A DNA stretch of 64,000 nucleotides from positions 1-64,000 of the IMG/VR virus record IMGVR_UViG_3300011435_000001. One strand, given 5' to 3'. Source of the DNA: a virus. Its lineage: Duplodnaviria; Caudoviricetes. Of the stretch, positions 26,386 to 35,658 are shown piece by piece. Below the pieces are notes generated by a model. It was not told where the DNA came from. It saw only the letters and a program-made list of their open reading frames with translations, and ran no database searches. Every line of letters begins with the position of its first letter. Position 1 is the stretch's first letter. The translations under genes were made by a program, and so were the position numbers.

Positions 26386-27468
26386 TTAGTGTCCTCCCGT
26401 GATGATGGTCTTGGTCACGCGCAGTTCTTTGTCCGACGGCAGGAACTTCTTGTAGAAGCCCCGGTCGAAAAACATGTTGAACTCCGGACGAATCCGCGTG
26501 ATGGCTCCCGTGACACTCGACATTTTGAACTCGAGGATGACGCCGCCGATTTCGCAGCGCAGGTGTTGCTTGCGCGTGAACATGTCTTGGTCCTTGAAGC
26601 CCGGCATCCCGACGATATGCACGTTGCGGTCGAAGCTGTAGCCGCTGACGTGGTAGTGGCCCTGCACGAGAATCGCGGGCTTCTCTCCGCCCTGAAAACT
26701 CTCAACCATCTTCTGGCCCTTGTAGCTTCGGGCGTAGGAGCTGCCCCCTCCCGGGTGCTGAATCTTCATGATGGCCTTGTGCTCGCCGCAGGTCAGCTCA
26801 ACGTCGCCCTCGACGTGGCCAATGTAGACCATGTCATTGCGGCCCGCGCGCTCGCAGACCATCTGCAAGTAAGCGCCGAAGTTGAATCCCTCTTTTTGCC
26901 ACCATCCTTCGTGGTCGTCGCCCGTGATGAAGTGCGTGGTGATTCCGTCCCTTTGCGGGTAGTTGCGCGCGCAGTAAAGGGCCTGCCCGTCGATTGAGGT
27001 CTCATAGACGCTGGCTCCGTTAATGCGGGGCACGTAGCCGTCGACGATGTTGCCCGCGTGAAATACGTCCTTGATGCCCTCGCGCAGGAAAAGGTCATAC
27101 TGCGCGTTGAGAGCGTCCAGCCGTTCCTCGCGGCAGCACAGATGCGTGTCTGATACCAGCCCGATTTTAGTCCAAGCGTCGCCGTCGAAAACGTCGAGCG
27201 GGATGGTTCCGAACTCCGTGGGCACCGTCTTGGCTTTTTCGATGAGAGGGCAACCGGCGGGCTTCTCTGTTGATGTGGGGGCGGGCACAGCCAGTGGCTT
27301 AGTGACGATGGCGCTCTCCCGCCTCTTCACACTGTCCGGCACGAACCGCTGGCGAGCCCGGCGAACGGCAGGCTCGCTCACGCCCCAGATGTGGGCTAGT
27401 TCTGCGTCGGTGTGTCCCGAGTCAACGTCGGCACAAAAGTTCGTGATGTCTTGCGGTGTCCACTTCAT
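26386..27468 (-). CDS. Calcineurin-like metallophosphoesterase with N-terminal HTH
   Basis: 'VSDTH', 'AGNIVDG', 'GDDHE', 'GHYH'; N-terminal 'DAELAHIWGVSEPAVRRAR'. Confidence 0.85.
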   Translation of the reverse strand: MKWTPQDITNFCADVDSGHTDAELAHIWGVSEPAVRRARQRFVPDSVKRRESAIVTKPLAVPAPTSTEKPAGCPLIEKAKTVPTEFGTIPLDVFDGDAWTKIGLVSDTHLCCREERLDALNAQYDLFLREGIKDVFHAGNIVDGYVPRINGASVYETSIDGQALYCARNYPQRDGITTHFITGDDHEGWWQKEGFNFGAYLQMVCERAGRNDMVYIGHVEGDVELTCGEHKAIMKIQHPGGGSSYARSYKGQKMVESFQGGEKPAILVQGHYHVSGYSFDRNVHIVGMPGFKDQDMFTRKQHLRCEIGGVILEFKMSSVTGAITRIRPEFNMFFDRGFYKKFLPSDKELRVTKTIITGGH

Positions 27469-28052
27469 ATTGCTGTCTTGGGTTTTCGTTTGGGTTTTTC
27501 TTCCACTACTAAAATTATTTGTTCCTGCGGCGCCTTGTCGAAGGCGAGGTCGAAGGCGAGCATGGCCTCGGTGGGCGTGTTGCCCATTCCGATGATGGCG
27601 TAGCCGGGCTTCGTGATGTCTCCGTAGTAACAGATGAAACGCGCGCCGTCGTTCGCGACGGTCGGTCGGAGCTGGACCGAGGGCTTGCTCAGGACCCGCT
27701 GGCCCTCCGTCTGCGCCTTCAGAAGCTCCACCTGCGCTGTCTGCACGGCATGAATCGAATCGTAGAGCCGGTCGTGCGTGGAGGTGTCCCAGCGCGTCTT
27801 GTCTTCTAGGAGTTCGTCGATGCGGTTGCACACGTTGGTAAACGTGACTGCCGCCGCTGCCGCTGCACCACCGTCAATTTTCCTCGGCGTGTCCTCCTCG
27901 GAGAGCTGGAAGATGGAGCGATGACCGAGGATGAAGGGGCTCAGGTTCTGGATGATGCTGTGCAGCGTCTCTAGCTGCGTGCGCGTCACCGACTCCCGCG
28001 TGGGGATAGTCGCGGGAGTCACTTTGTTCTGGCTGTTATGGTCACGGCCCAT
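27465..28052 (-). CDS. Hypothetical protein
   Basis: 195-aa ORF coupled to its neighbours. Confidence 0.55.
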   Translation of the reverse strand: MGRDHNSQNKVTPATIPTRESVTRTQLETLHSIIQNLSPFILGHRSIFQLSEEDTPRKIDGGAAAAAAVTFTNVCNRIDELLEDKTRWDTSTHDRLYDSIHAVQTAQVELLKAQTEGQRVLSKPSVQLRPTVANDGARFICYYGDITKPGYAIIGMGNTPTEAMLAFDLAFDKAPQEQIILVVEEKPKRKPKTAI

Positions 28053-28543
28053 TGTAGTAAATGTAAGGCATCTGCACAGTTATCGTCAACTAAAGGAACG
28101 GTCGGGAAAAGCTTGGCGGCAGCCCGCATCATGAAATCTTTGTCTGCCGCGCCGCTGCCCGTGGCGAACTTCTTCAGCGTGGTGACCGGGCAGCAGTCCG
28201 TCTGAATGTGGTTGGCGGCGGCGAAGAGCCACACGACTGCGCGCAGGCTGGACCAGAGTTGCGTTTGCAGAGTGTATTTGGAGAACTGGACGTCCTCGAA
28301 CACCATGAACTCGATGGCTTTTTCCGGCTCGTGGTGACCGAGGTTGTTTGCCCAAACCCCGGCTAGCTTTCGCTGAAGCGCAGGAATGCGAGGGTCGAGC
28401 CGACGGTCCAGACGCTGCTTCGCGGCCTTCTTACGCAGTTCCTCGCTGATGAGCGTCCACGTGCCTGCGGTAACCTTCCCGTCACGGGCACGGTAGGCCC
28501 AGCCACATTGCGAGCCAAGGTCGAGGGCGAGAAGGGTTTTCAC
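28019..28543 (-). CDS. RuvC-like Holliday junction resolvase
   Basis: 'LLALDLG', 'FEDV', 'LKKFATGSGAADK', 'DNCADAL'; GTG start. Confidence 0.8.
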   Translation of the reverse strand: MKTLLALDLGSQCGWAYRARDGKVTAGTWTLISEELRKKAAKQRLDRRLDPRIPALQRKLAGVWANNLGHHEPEKAIEFMVFEDVQFSKYTLQTQLWSSLRAVVWLFAAANHIQTDCCPVTTLKKFATGSGAADKDFMMRAAAKLFPTVPLVDDNCADALHLLQWAVTITARTK

Positions 28544-28935
28544 TTGAGAGACCCCGGCGGGACTTCCACCCACTTCCCGTCAGCGTCTAGGACCTCGACC
28601 TTCAAGAGCTCATCCTTGGTTTCGTTGATGACGGTTTGCTCTAGCGTCTCTTCCATCTCGATTTCATATTTTTTGAGCGCCAGCCAAAACCTCATTTTTG
28701 GCGTGGCCAGCAGTCGTTTGAATGCCGACGCCTTGTTGTCTGCTTGCGAACGGGAGTCGGAGGCCCGGCCCATCGCCCCGGACTCACGGTGAATAATCAG
28801 AACGCCTGAGGCCACCTTGTTCTTGGCCTGCCCGCCTTTGCCGCTGCCACAAAAGTAGGACACATCGAAATCTTTTCGCGTAGCGAGAGTGATTTTCTGG
28901 CGGGTGTCTTCTTTGGGCTGGTTGATGATTTTCAT
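28540..28935 (-). CDS. Release-factor (RF-1 domain) GGQ peptidyl-tRNA hydrolase-like protein
   Basis: 'FCGSGKGGQAKNKVASGVLIIHRESG...DSRSQADNK' matches the GGQ domain of ArfB/PrfH-like proteins; 131 aa. Confidence 0.85.
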   Translation of the reverse strand: MKIINQPKEDTRQKITLATRKDFDVSYFCGSGKGGQAKNKVASGVLIIHRESGAMGRASDSRSQADNKASAFKRLLATPKMRFWLALKKYEIEMEETLEQTVINETKDELLKVEVLDADGKWVEVPPGSLK

Positions 28936-29639
28936 TTGGCGGCGTTCTTCTTGAAGCTCGCGCGCAGCTTCGCGATGATTTGGACGTGCGCTGCGTGGAC
29001 TGCCTGACGCGAGACGCCCCGGGCCCGCGCAATGTCGGCCATGCTGATTTTGTCGTTGTAGATTTTCCGGAGCAGCACCTTCTCTGCCGTGGTCAACTCG
29101 CAGCGGCACTTCTTGAGAGCCTCGAGGTTCAGGCCCAGCTCTTCCTTCTCCATCACGACTTCATCGGTGGAGGGCGCGGAGTCCACGGCGGGCGTGAACT
29201 TCTGCGGCGCGCGGGTGCTTTCGCCATCGTGCGTCGTGACCGTTTCCTCCGCGTATTGCGTGTAGGTCGGAAAAACATCCGCGTGCGAGGAGGGCTCGAC
29301 GGTGTTCTTCGATTTCCACAGGCCCGCGAGCGCCCCCTTCAAAAAGGGCATCAGGTAGCGGGTGAAACGGTTGCCGCGCTCCGGGTCAAACCTGTCTATC
29401 GCATTCATCAGCGCAGAATTCGCGGCTGAAATCACTTCGTCGTCCGGAAGACGCCCACGATTTTGACGCCGGGCGAATCGGGCAGCGAATAGCAAATGGT
29501 TTCGAATGAGAAACTCCCGAGACTCAGCGTTGCCCTTTTTCGCTTTGGTGAAGAGTTCTTTTTCTTCTTCCGGCGTGGTGAGTTTGAATCGCAGGTCTTC
29601 ATTTGCCCGGTAGTAGTTGCTGTTGGTCCCGTCGCTCAT
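28932..29639 (-). CDS. sigma70-family RNA polymerase sigma factor
   Basis: 'LTTPEEEKELF', 'FLIRNHLLFAARFARR', 'LMNAIDRFDPERGNRFTRY', C-terminal HTH 'SMADIARARGVSRQAV'. Confidence 0.85.
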   Translation of the reverse strand: MSDGTNSNYYRANEDLRFKLTTPEEEKELFTKAKKGNAESREFLIRNHLLFAARFARRQNRGRLPDDEVISAANSALMNAIDRFDPERGNRFTRYLMPFLKGALAGLWKSKNTVEPSSHADVFPTYTQYAEETVTTHDGESTRAPQKFTPAVDSAPSTDEVVMEKEELGLNLEALKKCRCELTTAEKVLLRKIYNDKISMADIARARGVSRQAVHAAHVQIIAKLRASFKKNAAK

Positions 29640-31897
29640 TTGGTTTTCTGGTAGTTGCTGTCAGTCCGTTGTTCAGGCACTTCCAGAACCGTCATGTTCT
29701 TCGGATAATGTGTGCAGCGGTCAATCTCGTAAATGCGGAACCCCGTCGTCACGCCTTCCTTCTCAGTAATCTTGAAAAGGTTTCCCTTGCTCAGCGTGAG
29801 CAGGTCGCGGTTGAATTTCTCGAAGGGCATTTGGCGCAGAATGTCCGTGATGCCCGGCACCTGTTGGAACTGTTGGTAGAGGTCGAGCGCGCAGCCCACC
29901 CACACGTTGGCGTCGGGCTCAATTTTCGTGAAGTATTCGCGCATCCACACGTTGATGACTTGAGCGAGCCCTGAGGTCTTGCTGGACTGCTGAGCGCTCA
30001 CCACCATCTCGGGATTGTGATACGCCTTGATGCCGCCGAAGCGGGCCTCTTCCTGAGTCGTGCCGACGCACTGGGGCGGAATCACGTAGTCTAAAAGGTA
30101 ACGGCAGAACCACGGCAGCTCGCGCGAGAGGATTGCTTGCAGCTCCTCCTGCGGCGGGAAAACTTCCTTCGGCAACTGCGCGAGGAACATCATCACCTTG
30201 TCCTTCATGCTGGCGTCAAGGTCGGGGTAAACGACGCTGTCGCTGTCCATGTTGCAGGTGATGGCGTACCTCGCCCGGCACCCAATGACGTTGCCAACGC
30301 GGAACTTTTCGTTGCACTCCCGCTCGTTGTTGGCGACGCTTTTCTTGACGCCCTCACAGAATTTTCTGTAGAGCTGCGAGTTGCCAGTGACCGAGGTGTC
30401 GTCCACCAAGTGGAGTGCGAAGTCGAAAAGCTGGGAGTTGAAAGTGGTCTCACCGAGCAGGTGCGAGGCGGCCTCCGCGAACCCGCCGACAATCTTGCCG
30501 AGAATTTCGCGGTTGCCGAAGGTCTTGCCGCAGGCGACCGGACCAGCGATGTAGATGGCGTGGCCGAGAGTCAGCTTGCGATAATAGCAGCCCTTGTAGA
30601 AGTAGCTGGCCCAGCTCAGATAGTAAGGGAGCTGGTCGGGCGTCGTGAAAAAGTTGTCGTAGTATTTTGAAATCCACGGGAACTGTCCGTCGGGTCCCCA
30701 GACGGCGTCGCCGTTCGCGGGGGGCATCGCGTCGATGTTGTGGGTGTTCAGGTATTGGTGACCGTTGAAAAGAATCCTGCCCTTCGGGAAGAACGCGAAG
30801 CTGGCCATGCCCTTCACGCGTTGCTGACTGTGAACGTGCGCGATAGCCGCCTCCACTTCGGAAAAGTTGTCTCCCTTTTTCTTGCTGACCTCGCGGGTGA
30901 GCCCGCGCATCACGACCAGCTCGTTGATGACGTTGTCCTTGTTGAGGACGTCCCAGCGACCGCACTCGCGCTTCACGGTGTAGTCTTTTCCGTCGAAGTA
31001 AATGTCCTTGACGGCGTTCCCGATTCGGCCTTCCTCGAAGCGCTTCACCCAGTCGGCACCGAGCAGCTCAGCCCAGCTCCACCAGCCCTTGCCGGTTTGG
31101 CGCGCGTGATTCGAAAAGGAATACATTCCGTTGGCCCCGACGATGGCGGAGTTCTCTGACTTGGAACCGTCCACCCAGAAGGTCGGCCCCTGCGCGCCTT
31201 CGGTGAAGTCGACGGTCCACTCCTTGAAGCGTGGGTATTTGTCCTTCAGCTCGCGAAATCTTTCGGCGACGATGTGATACGGAATGGTGATGCCCGGCTC
31301 GTTGTCCTTCCACGCGTAGCTCCGCACCAGCTTCAGCATCCAACCGCAGATGCTGCCCCAAGGCACCGGAGTCGGGTGAATCTGTTTCCACTCGCAGCCG
31401 TTCATGTAGTAGCGCGAAGGCTCGAGGTAGCCCGCGTCCAAGTTGCTCAGCTCTTGGATGGGCAGGAACTCGTGGAGATGCTTCAGGATGAAGTTGGCAA
31501 AGTTGCGGGAGGAGAGCATGATGGGCCGCTCGAAAATCCAGACGAGCCGCCAGTTGCCGGAGAGGGACCGCTCCACCCAGTTCGGCTTGATGTCCATGCG
31601 GGCGAAGGCCCGCTCGAGTTCTTCCCAAGTGAACTTGGCGTCGTAGTCGCCCGTGAAACTATTCATCTCGCGGGGCGCGTTCGCGTTTTCTTTTCCGCCC
31701 TTCTCGCTCACGCGCCCGTTCTCGTTCACGCCCACGAACGAGGAGTAGAACATGTAGTCAGTCGCGGGGGCGTTCCCCCACGCAATGCGCGCCGCCTTGT
31801 CGGCGATGCAGTTTTCGGGGATGAGGGATTTCTTGTCGAACTCCCACGGATTGCCCTCAAAGGTGGTTTGGGAGGAGAGATTCTTTAAATATCGCAC
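29636..31897 (-). CDS. Primase-helicase (AEP-like N-terminus, DUF5906/SF3-like ATPase)
   Basis: 'GDYD' and 'SLSG' in the N-terminus; Walker A 'AGPVACGKT'; 'HLVDD'; 'AITCN'. Confidence 0.75.
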   Translation of the reverse strand: MRYLKNLSSQTTFEGNPWEFDKKSLIPENCIADKAARIAWGNAPATDYMFYSSFVGVNENGRVSEKGGKENANAPREMNSFTGDYDAKFTWEELERAFARMDIKPNWVERSLSGNWRLVWIFERPIMLSSRNFANFILKHLHEFLPIQELSNLDAGYLEPSRYYMNGCEWKQIHPTPVPWGSICGWMLKLVRSYAWKDNEPGITIPYHIVAERFRELKDKYPRFKEWTVDFTEGAQGPTFWVDGSKSENSAIVGANGMYSFSNHARQTGKGWWSWAELLGADWVKRFEEGRIGNAVKDIYFDGKDYTVKRECGRWDVLNKDNVINELVVMRGLTREVSKKKGDNFSEVEAAIAHVHSQQRVKGMASFAFFPKGRILFNGHQYLNTHNIDAMPPANGDAVWGPDGQFPWISKYYDNFFTTPDQLPYYLSWASYFYKGCYYRKLTLGHAIYIAGPVACGKTFGNREILGKIVGGFAEAASHLLGETTFNSQLFDFALHLVDDTSVTGNSQLYRKFCEGVKKSVANNERECNEKFRVGNVIGCRARYAITCNMDSDSVVYPDLDASMKDKVMMFLAQLPKEVFPPQEELQAILSRELPWFCRYLLDYVIPPQCVGTTQEEARFGGIKAYHNPEMVVSAQQSSKTSGLAQVINVWMREYFTKIEPDANVWVGCALDLYQQFQQVPGITDILRQMPFEKFNRDLLTLSKGNLFKITEKEGVTTGFRIYEIDRCTHYPKNMTVLEVPEQRTDSNYQKTK

Positions 31898-31915
31898 TGG
31901 AAAGAGTATCCCGGA

Positions 31916-32104
31916 TTAGGGCGTGTTGTCAACTGACGGAGTCTCAGGTGGTCCAGTCAGAGCCCCCATGAAGGCGTCCTCGTTTGAAAGCTTAGAGTCG
32001 CAGGCGGGTCGGCATTCCCAGACGCCTACGACGCCCAGCTCGTTTACCCGGTGCAGGTATCCGCCGCACTCAAAGACCGTTCGGTTGCAAAGACGACATT
32101 TCAT
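31916..32104 (-). CDS. Small Cys-rich hypothetical protein
   Basis: MKCRLC...ECRPAC; overlaps the polymerase stop. Confidence 0.5.
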   Translation of the reverse strand: MKCRLCNRTVFECGGYLHRVNELGVVGVWECRPACDSKLSNEDAFMGALTGPPETPSVDNTP

Positions 32105-34116
32105 TATTTCAAATAATGAGGCACTTCTTTCGCCTCCGCGGCGAGCGGGCAGCCCGGGAGCCACTCAGGGGTTTGCGACATGACGTGCTCAACGTCCTTC
32201 GCCTGCACGGACTGGTCAACCTCGTTGATGGCTTCGTCGTGCGCCGTCCACAGCACCGTGCCGTCTCCGAAGGTCTCGTCGAGAGCAAGGCAGTGTGCGG
32301 CGAACACGTCCCGGGAGATGGCTTGAATCATGTTCTCTGTGAGCATTCCTCCGTAGAAGGCCACGCGCATCAGCCGCCCGTTCTTGATGGCTTCCGCACG
32401 CACCTGCAAGCGGTTTCTCCACTGGTCCTTTTCTTCGTCGTAAATCTTGGTCCACTCCTGCGCCACCTTGCGGTAGTAGAGTGAGCGACCCGACGGCAGC
32501 TCAATGGAAAATTCTCCGTCGAGCAGGCTGGCCTTGTATTCCTTGTCGAGGTGTTTCCACAGCCCGACAATCTTCTGGTTGTTGGCGCGAAAGTTTTTCA
32601 CGCACTCCTTGGAAAAAGTGCCGTAGCCGGAGACCAGCTTCGGCGAGCCGTCCTTGTTCAGGATGGGTTGGCCCTCTTCGTTCAGCATCGGAAGGAACTC
32701 CGGGTCGTCCTTGGTGATGTCGAGGCCCGCGTGCGTCTGAGCCATCGCGATGAACTTTTCCCAAGCGGCTTGGTAACCCAAGCTGAGGACCTGCGCCTTG
32801 CTCAGCGCGTAGCGGGCCTTGTCTTCTTTCTTCATGTCTCCGCCGGTCCAGCCCATTTGCTGGCGGGCAAAAGCCTCGTAAGGAGACTGGCCCGCAGCCA
32901 TCAGGTCAAGCAGCTCTTGATTGCCGGTCACCCAAGCGAGCACTCGCGGCTCGATTTGGGAAAGGTCGCTGACAATCATCTTCTTGCCCGCGCGCGGGAT
33001 GAAAAGTGAGCGCATGTCGAGCACGGCAGTGACCCAGCCGGGCAACTTTTTCTCTTGGTAGAGCGACCGCTCGACTTCTTTCAGCCGGGCGGGCTCGTTC
33101 ACCAGAAAACCCTTGTCGTCCCGATACAGCGGCTCCTTGCGGAGGTTCTGCATGTTGAGGCCACCGTCGCCTGCCCAGCGTCCCGTGTGCGCTCCGAAAT
33201 ACTTCAGGCGAAATTGCAGGATTCCTTCCGGCGTGAGACGTTCCTTGATGGTCTCGAGCGAGCCGAGGAACATCCGGATGGAGCGCAGCTTGGCGACATT
33301 CGCCACCCACGCGAAGCGGGGGGAATAGGCGTTCTCCCAAGCGTCGAAGGCTTCCTCTCCGTCGTTCGAGATAACCGGCGGAGATGGTATGCCCTCCTTG
33401 CGGCAATAGTTGGCAATGCCGACCGGCGACGTGGGCGCAAAGCCCTCGGGAATCCAAGGCAGCGTGGACTCGCAGTCCTTCAGCATGGTGTGCGCCGTGG
33501 AGATGTATTCCCTCAGGCGCTCCTCGTTGATTTGCACGCCGCGCTTACCTTGGCGGCTTGTCTGGTCGGCGAGGCGCCGCTCGAACTCAGGCCACTTGTG
33601 CCCGTGCTTCACGAAAAGTTCTCGCGTGGTGACGGCGTCGCGCCTGCCGTATTTCACCATCTCGTCCCACCAGCCCTCGGCCTTTATTTGGTCCGCCGTC
33701 TTGCCATTCGCCTTCTCACGCGCGTGCTTGTCCAGCTCGACGCCGAGCAGGAACTTCGCAGCCTCCTCGAGGCTCCGGCGGTTGCACAGAAAAGCTGACA
33801 TGTTCGCCGTGCAGAACCAAGCGGCGGGCTTAATGGCGGGAGCAATGCCCAGTTCCACGAGCCGGTCATGCACTCCGCTGTCGAAGTGCGCGTTGTGGCT
33901 GACAAGAGTCTGCCCATTCAACGCGTCGAAGTTGAAGTCGCGAGGGTGTCCGGCCCAAGTCTCCGTATCATCGGCCACCGTGAGCAAGTAGGCGTCAAAA
34001 CGCGGGCTGTGCGTGTAAGCGTAGTCGCCCATTTGTGTGATGGAGTAACCACCACCTTTCTTGCTTTTGTGATAGAAGGTCTCAAAGTCGAAACCGATGA
34101 TGCGGGACTCGGGCAT
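32104..34116 (-). CDS. polA: Family A DNA polymerase with 3'-5' exonuclease
   Basis: Exo 'FDFET', 'HNAHFD', 'YGRRD'; 'HTGRWAG', 'NMQNL'; motif A 'DLSQIEPR'; motif B 'KAQVLSLGY'; motif C 'HDE'. Confidence 0.93.
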   Translation of the reverse strand: MPESRIIGFDFETFYHKSKKGGGYSITQMGDYAYTHSPRFDAYLLTVADDTETWAGHPRDFNFDALNGQTLVSHNAHFDSGVHDRLVELGIAPAIKPAAWFCTANMSAFLCNRRSLEEAAKFLLGVELDKHAREKANGKTADQIKAEGWWDEMVKYGRRDAVTTRELFVKHGHKWPEFERRLADQTSRQGKRGVQINEERLREYISTAHTMLKDCESTLPWIPEGFAPTSPVGIANYCRKEGIPSPPVISNDGEEAFDAWENAYSPRFAWVANVAKLRSIRMFLGSLETIKERLTPEGILQFRLKYFGAHTGRWAGDGGLNMQNLRKEPLYRDDKGFLVNEPARLKEVERSLYQEKKLPGWVTAVLDMRSLFIPRAGKKMIVSDLSQIEPRVLAWVTGNQELLDLMAAGQSPYEAFARQQMGWTGGDMKKEDKARYALSKAQVLSLGYQAAWEKFIAMAQTHAGLDITKDDPEFLPMLNEEGQPILNKDGSPKLVSGYGTFSKECVKNFRANNQKIVGLWKHLDKEYKASLLDGEFSIELPSGRSLYYRKVAQEWTKIYDEEKDQWRNRLQVRAEAIKNGRLMRVAFYGGMLTENMIQAISRDVFAAHCLALDETFGDGTVLWTAHDEAINEVDQSVQAKDVEHVMSQTPEWLPGCPLAAEAKEVPHYLK

Positions 34117-34119
34117 GGT

Positions 34120-34458
34120 TCAGAGAGTGATTCCGCACGACGGCGTGCTTTGGACTTTGTTGCGGACGATTTTGCGGATGGCTGCCTCAAGTCGCAGGTG
34201 GGCGCACTCCAAAGCGCGTCCGGTGATTTGACGTTTCCACGGCTCGTCTATTGAAATTTCCGGGTGCAGCGGCTCGCGGACCTTGCTCTCAATCTGACGA
34301 ATCAGACAATCGACTTCGGCCTCCACGTCGTCGAGAAACTCTTGAGACACACGTTTGAATTTTCCGGCACGGTTGGCTTTGCTGCAAGCCAGCGCGTATT
34401 CTTTCACGCTGCTTGCCACGGTGAGGTTGGTCCGTTGGTTGCTTTGTTCACTACTCAT
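34120..34458 (-). CDS. Small basic protein, possible histone-fold DNA-binding protein
   Basis: 'VASSVKEYAL...KFKRVSQEFLDDVEAEVDCLIRQI...PSCGITL' resembles the alpha1-L1-alpha2 pattern of prokaryotic histones. Confidence 0.4.
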   Translation of the reverse strand: MSSEQSNQRTNLTVASSVKEYALACSKANRAGKFKRVSQEFLDDVEAEVDCLIRQIESKVREPLHPEISIDEPWKRQITGRALECAHLRLEAAIRKIVRNKVQSTPSCGITL

Positions 34459-34794
34459 CTGTTTTTGGTTTCTTGGTTGGTGTCTCGGGGAAACTGGACG
34501 CTGGAAAAGACCGCCACGCTCGGGTTTATAAGCCTCCGCGCGGATTTCTGTGTCGTGTTACTGGCTACACTGTTTAGAATTCGGTGGCAGCCACAGCGAT
34601 AAATAGGCCCCGCGGATGGTATGCCGGGTGCGACTCGGTCGAATCGCTGGCCAGCCACATTTTCCTTTGATGCGGGGAAAGTCATTGTTGGACGGTATCA
34701 GGTCCGAGGGTTGAAGTCAACTAAAGAGCAAGAAAAGGCGCGAGAGTGGTGGGCCATTTCAAAAATCCACTCCCGCGCCTGAGGCGAACAGGTG

Positions 34795-35634
34795 TTAGCT
34801 GCCCGTGATTTGCTTGACGAACGCGCGGAGCGCTTCAGGCGTCTTCGAGACCGCCTTGATGACCGGCACGTAGGCAGTGTTGCCCGTCGAGTAGGTCTTC
34901 AGCCGGGTGCCGAAGGTGTGCAGGAACGACGAGTAGCCGCCCGCGGTGAGGTAGCCCGCCTGCTTTTCCTGACGGAAAACAGAGGCGCACTCGGTGAACA
35001 GTCCGCCCTTCATGTCGAGCGTGGCCAGCGCGTATTGCTGGTCCTCGAACAGGAACGGGAACAGGATGCGGTCGGCGTCTTGCACGTCCGCCGGTTTGCG
35101 GATGAGGAACAAAGCCGTGGCCAGAGTCTGAAACTCGCGGCTCGGGATTTTGTTCGCAAGCTTCTGCTTGTGCTCGCGCTGATTGAGCGTGCCGTTCGCC
35201 TTCGCCACTTCGGCGAGGGAAAAGCACAGCAGGCCCTGCTCGTCGGTCCCATACGGGACCTTCTCGACGTATCGGTCCTTGCGGAATCCGATGCAGACCA
35301 CCGTGAGCAGCTCGCTGCCCGCTTTGATGAGAGAGCCATCACGCACCACTGGCGGCGTGTAAATGGCAATCTGGTCCTTCAGGACCACTTCACCCAGAGC
35401 GAAGGCGACAGCAAGTCCACTGGACTTCTGGACCACCTTCAGCTTGGGGAACTTGATTTCCGAGAAGCCGACGTTGTCCTCGTTGAAGGGACAAGCCGGG
35501 GCGGGGGCCGCGACCTCATACGACACGGGGTCACCGTTCTCGTCGCAGGGCTGCGCTTCGGTTTGAGTTTCCGGGGCGATTGGTTCCGTCGCGTCGACGG
35601 GCACACCGGGCTTGGAGAACGAGCACTTACTCAT
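34795..35634 (-). CDS. Putative ssDNA-binding protein
   Basis: 'IKFPKLKVVQKSS'; position between PolA and Cas4-like nuclease as in APSE-type replication modules. Confidence 0.5.
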   Translation of the reverse strand: MSKCSFSKPGVPVDATEPIAPETQTEAQPCDENGDPVSYEVAAPAPACPFNEDNVGFSEIKFPKLKVVQKSSGLAVAFALGEVVLKDQIAIYTPPVVRDGSLIKAGSELLTVVCIGFRKDRYVEKVPYGTDEQGLLCFSLAEVAKANGTLNQREHKQKLANKIPSREFQTLATALFLIRKPADVQDADRILFPFLFEDQQYALATLDMKGGLFTECASVFRQEKQAGYLTAGGYSSFLHTFGTRLKTYSTGNTAYVPVIKAVSKTPEALRAFVKQITGS

Positions 35635-35658
35635 TGGTTGTTCTTTCGTTTTTGGTTG

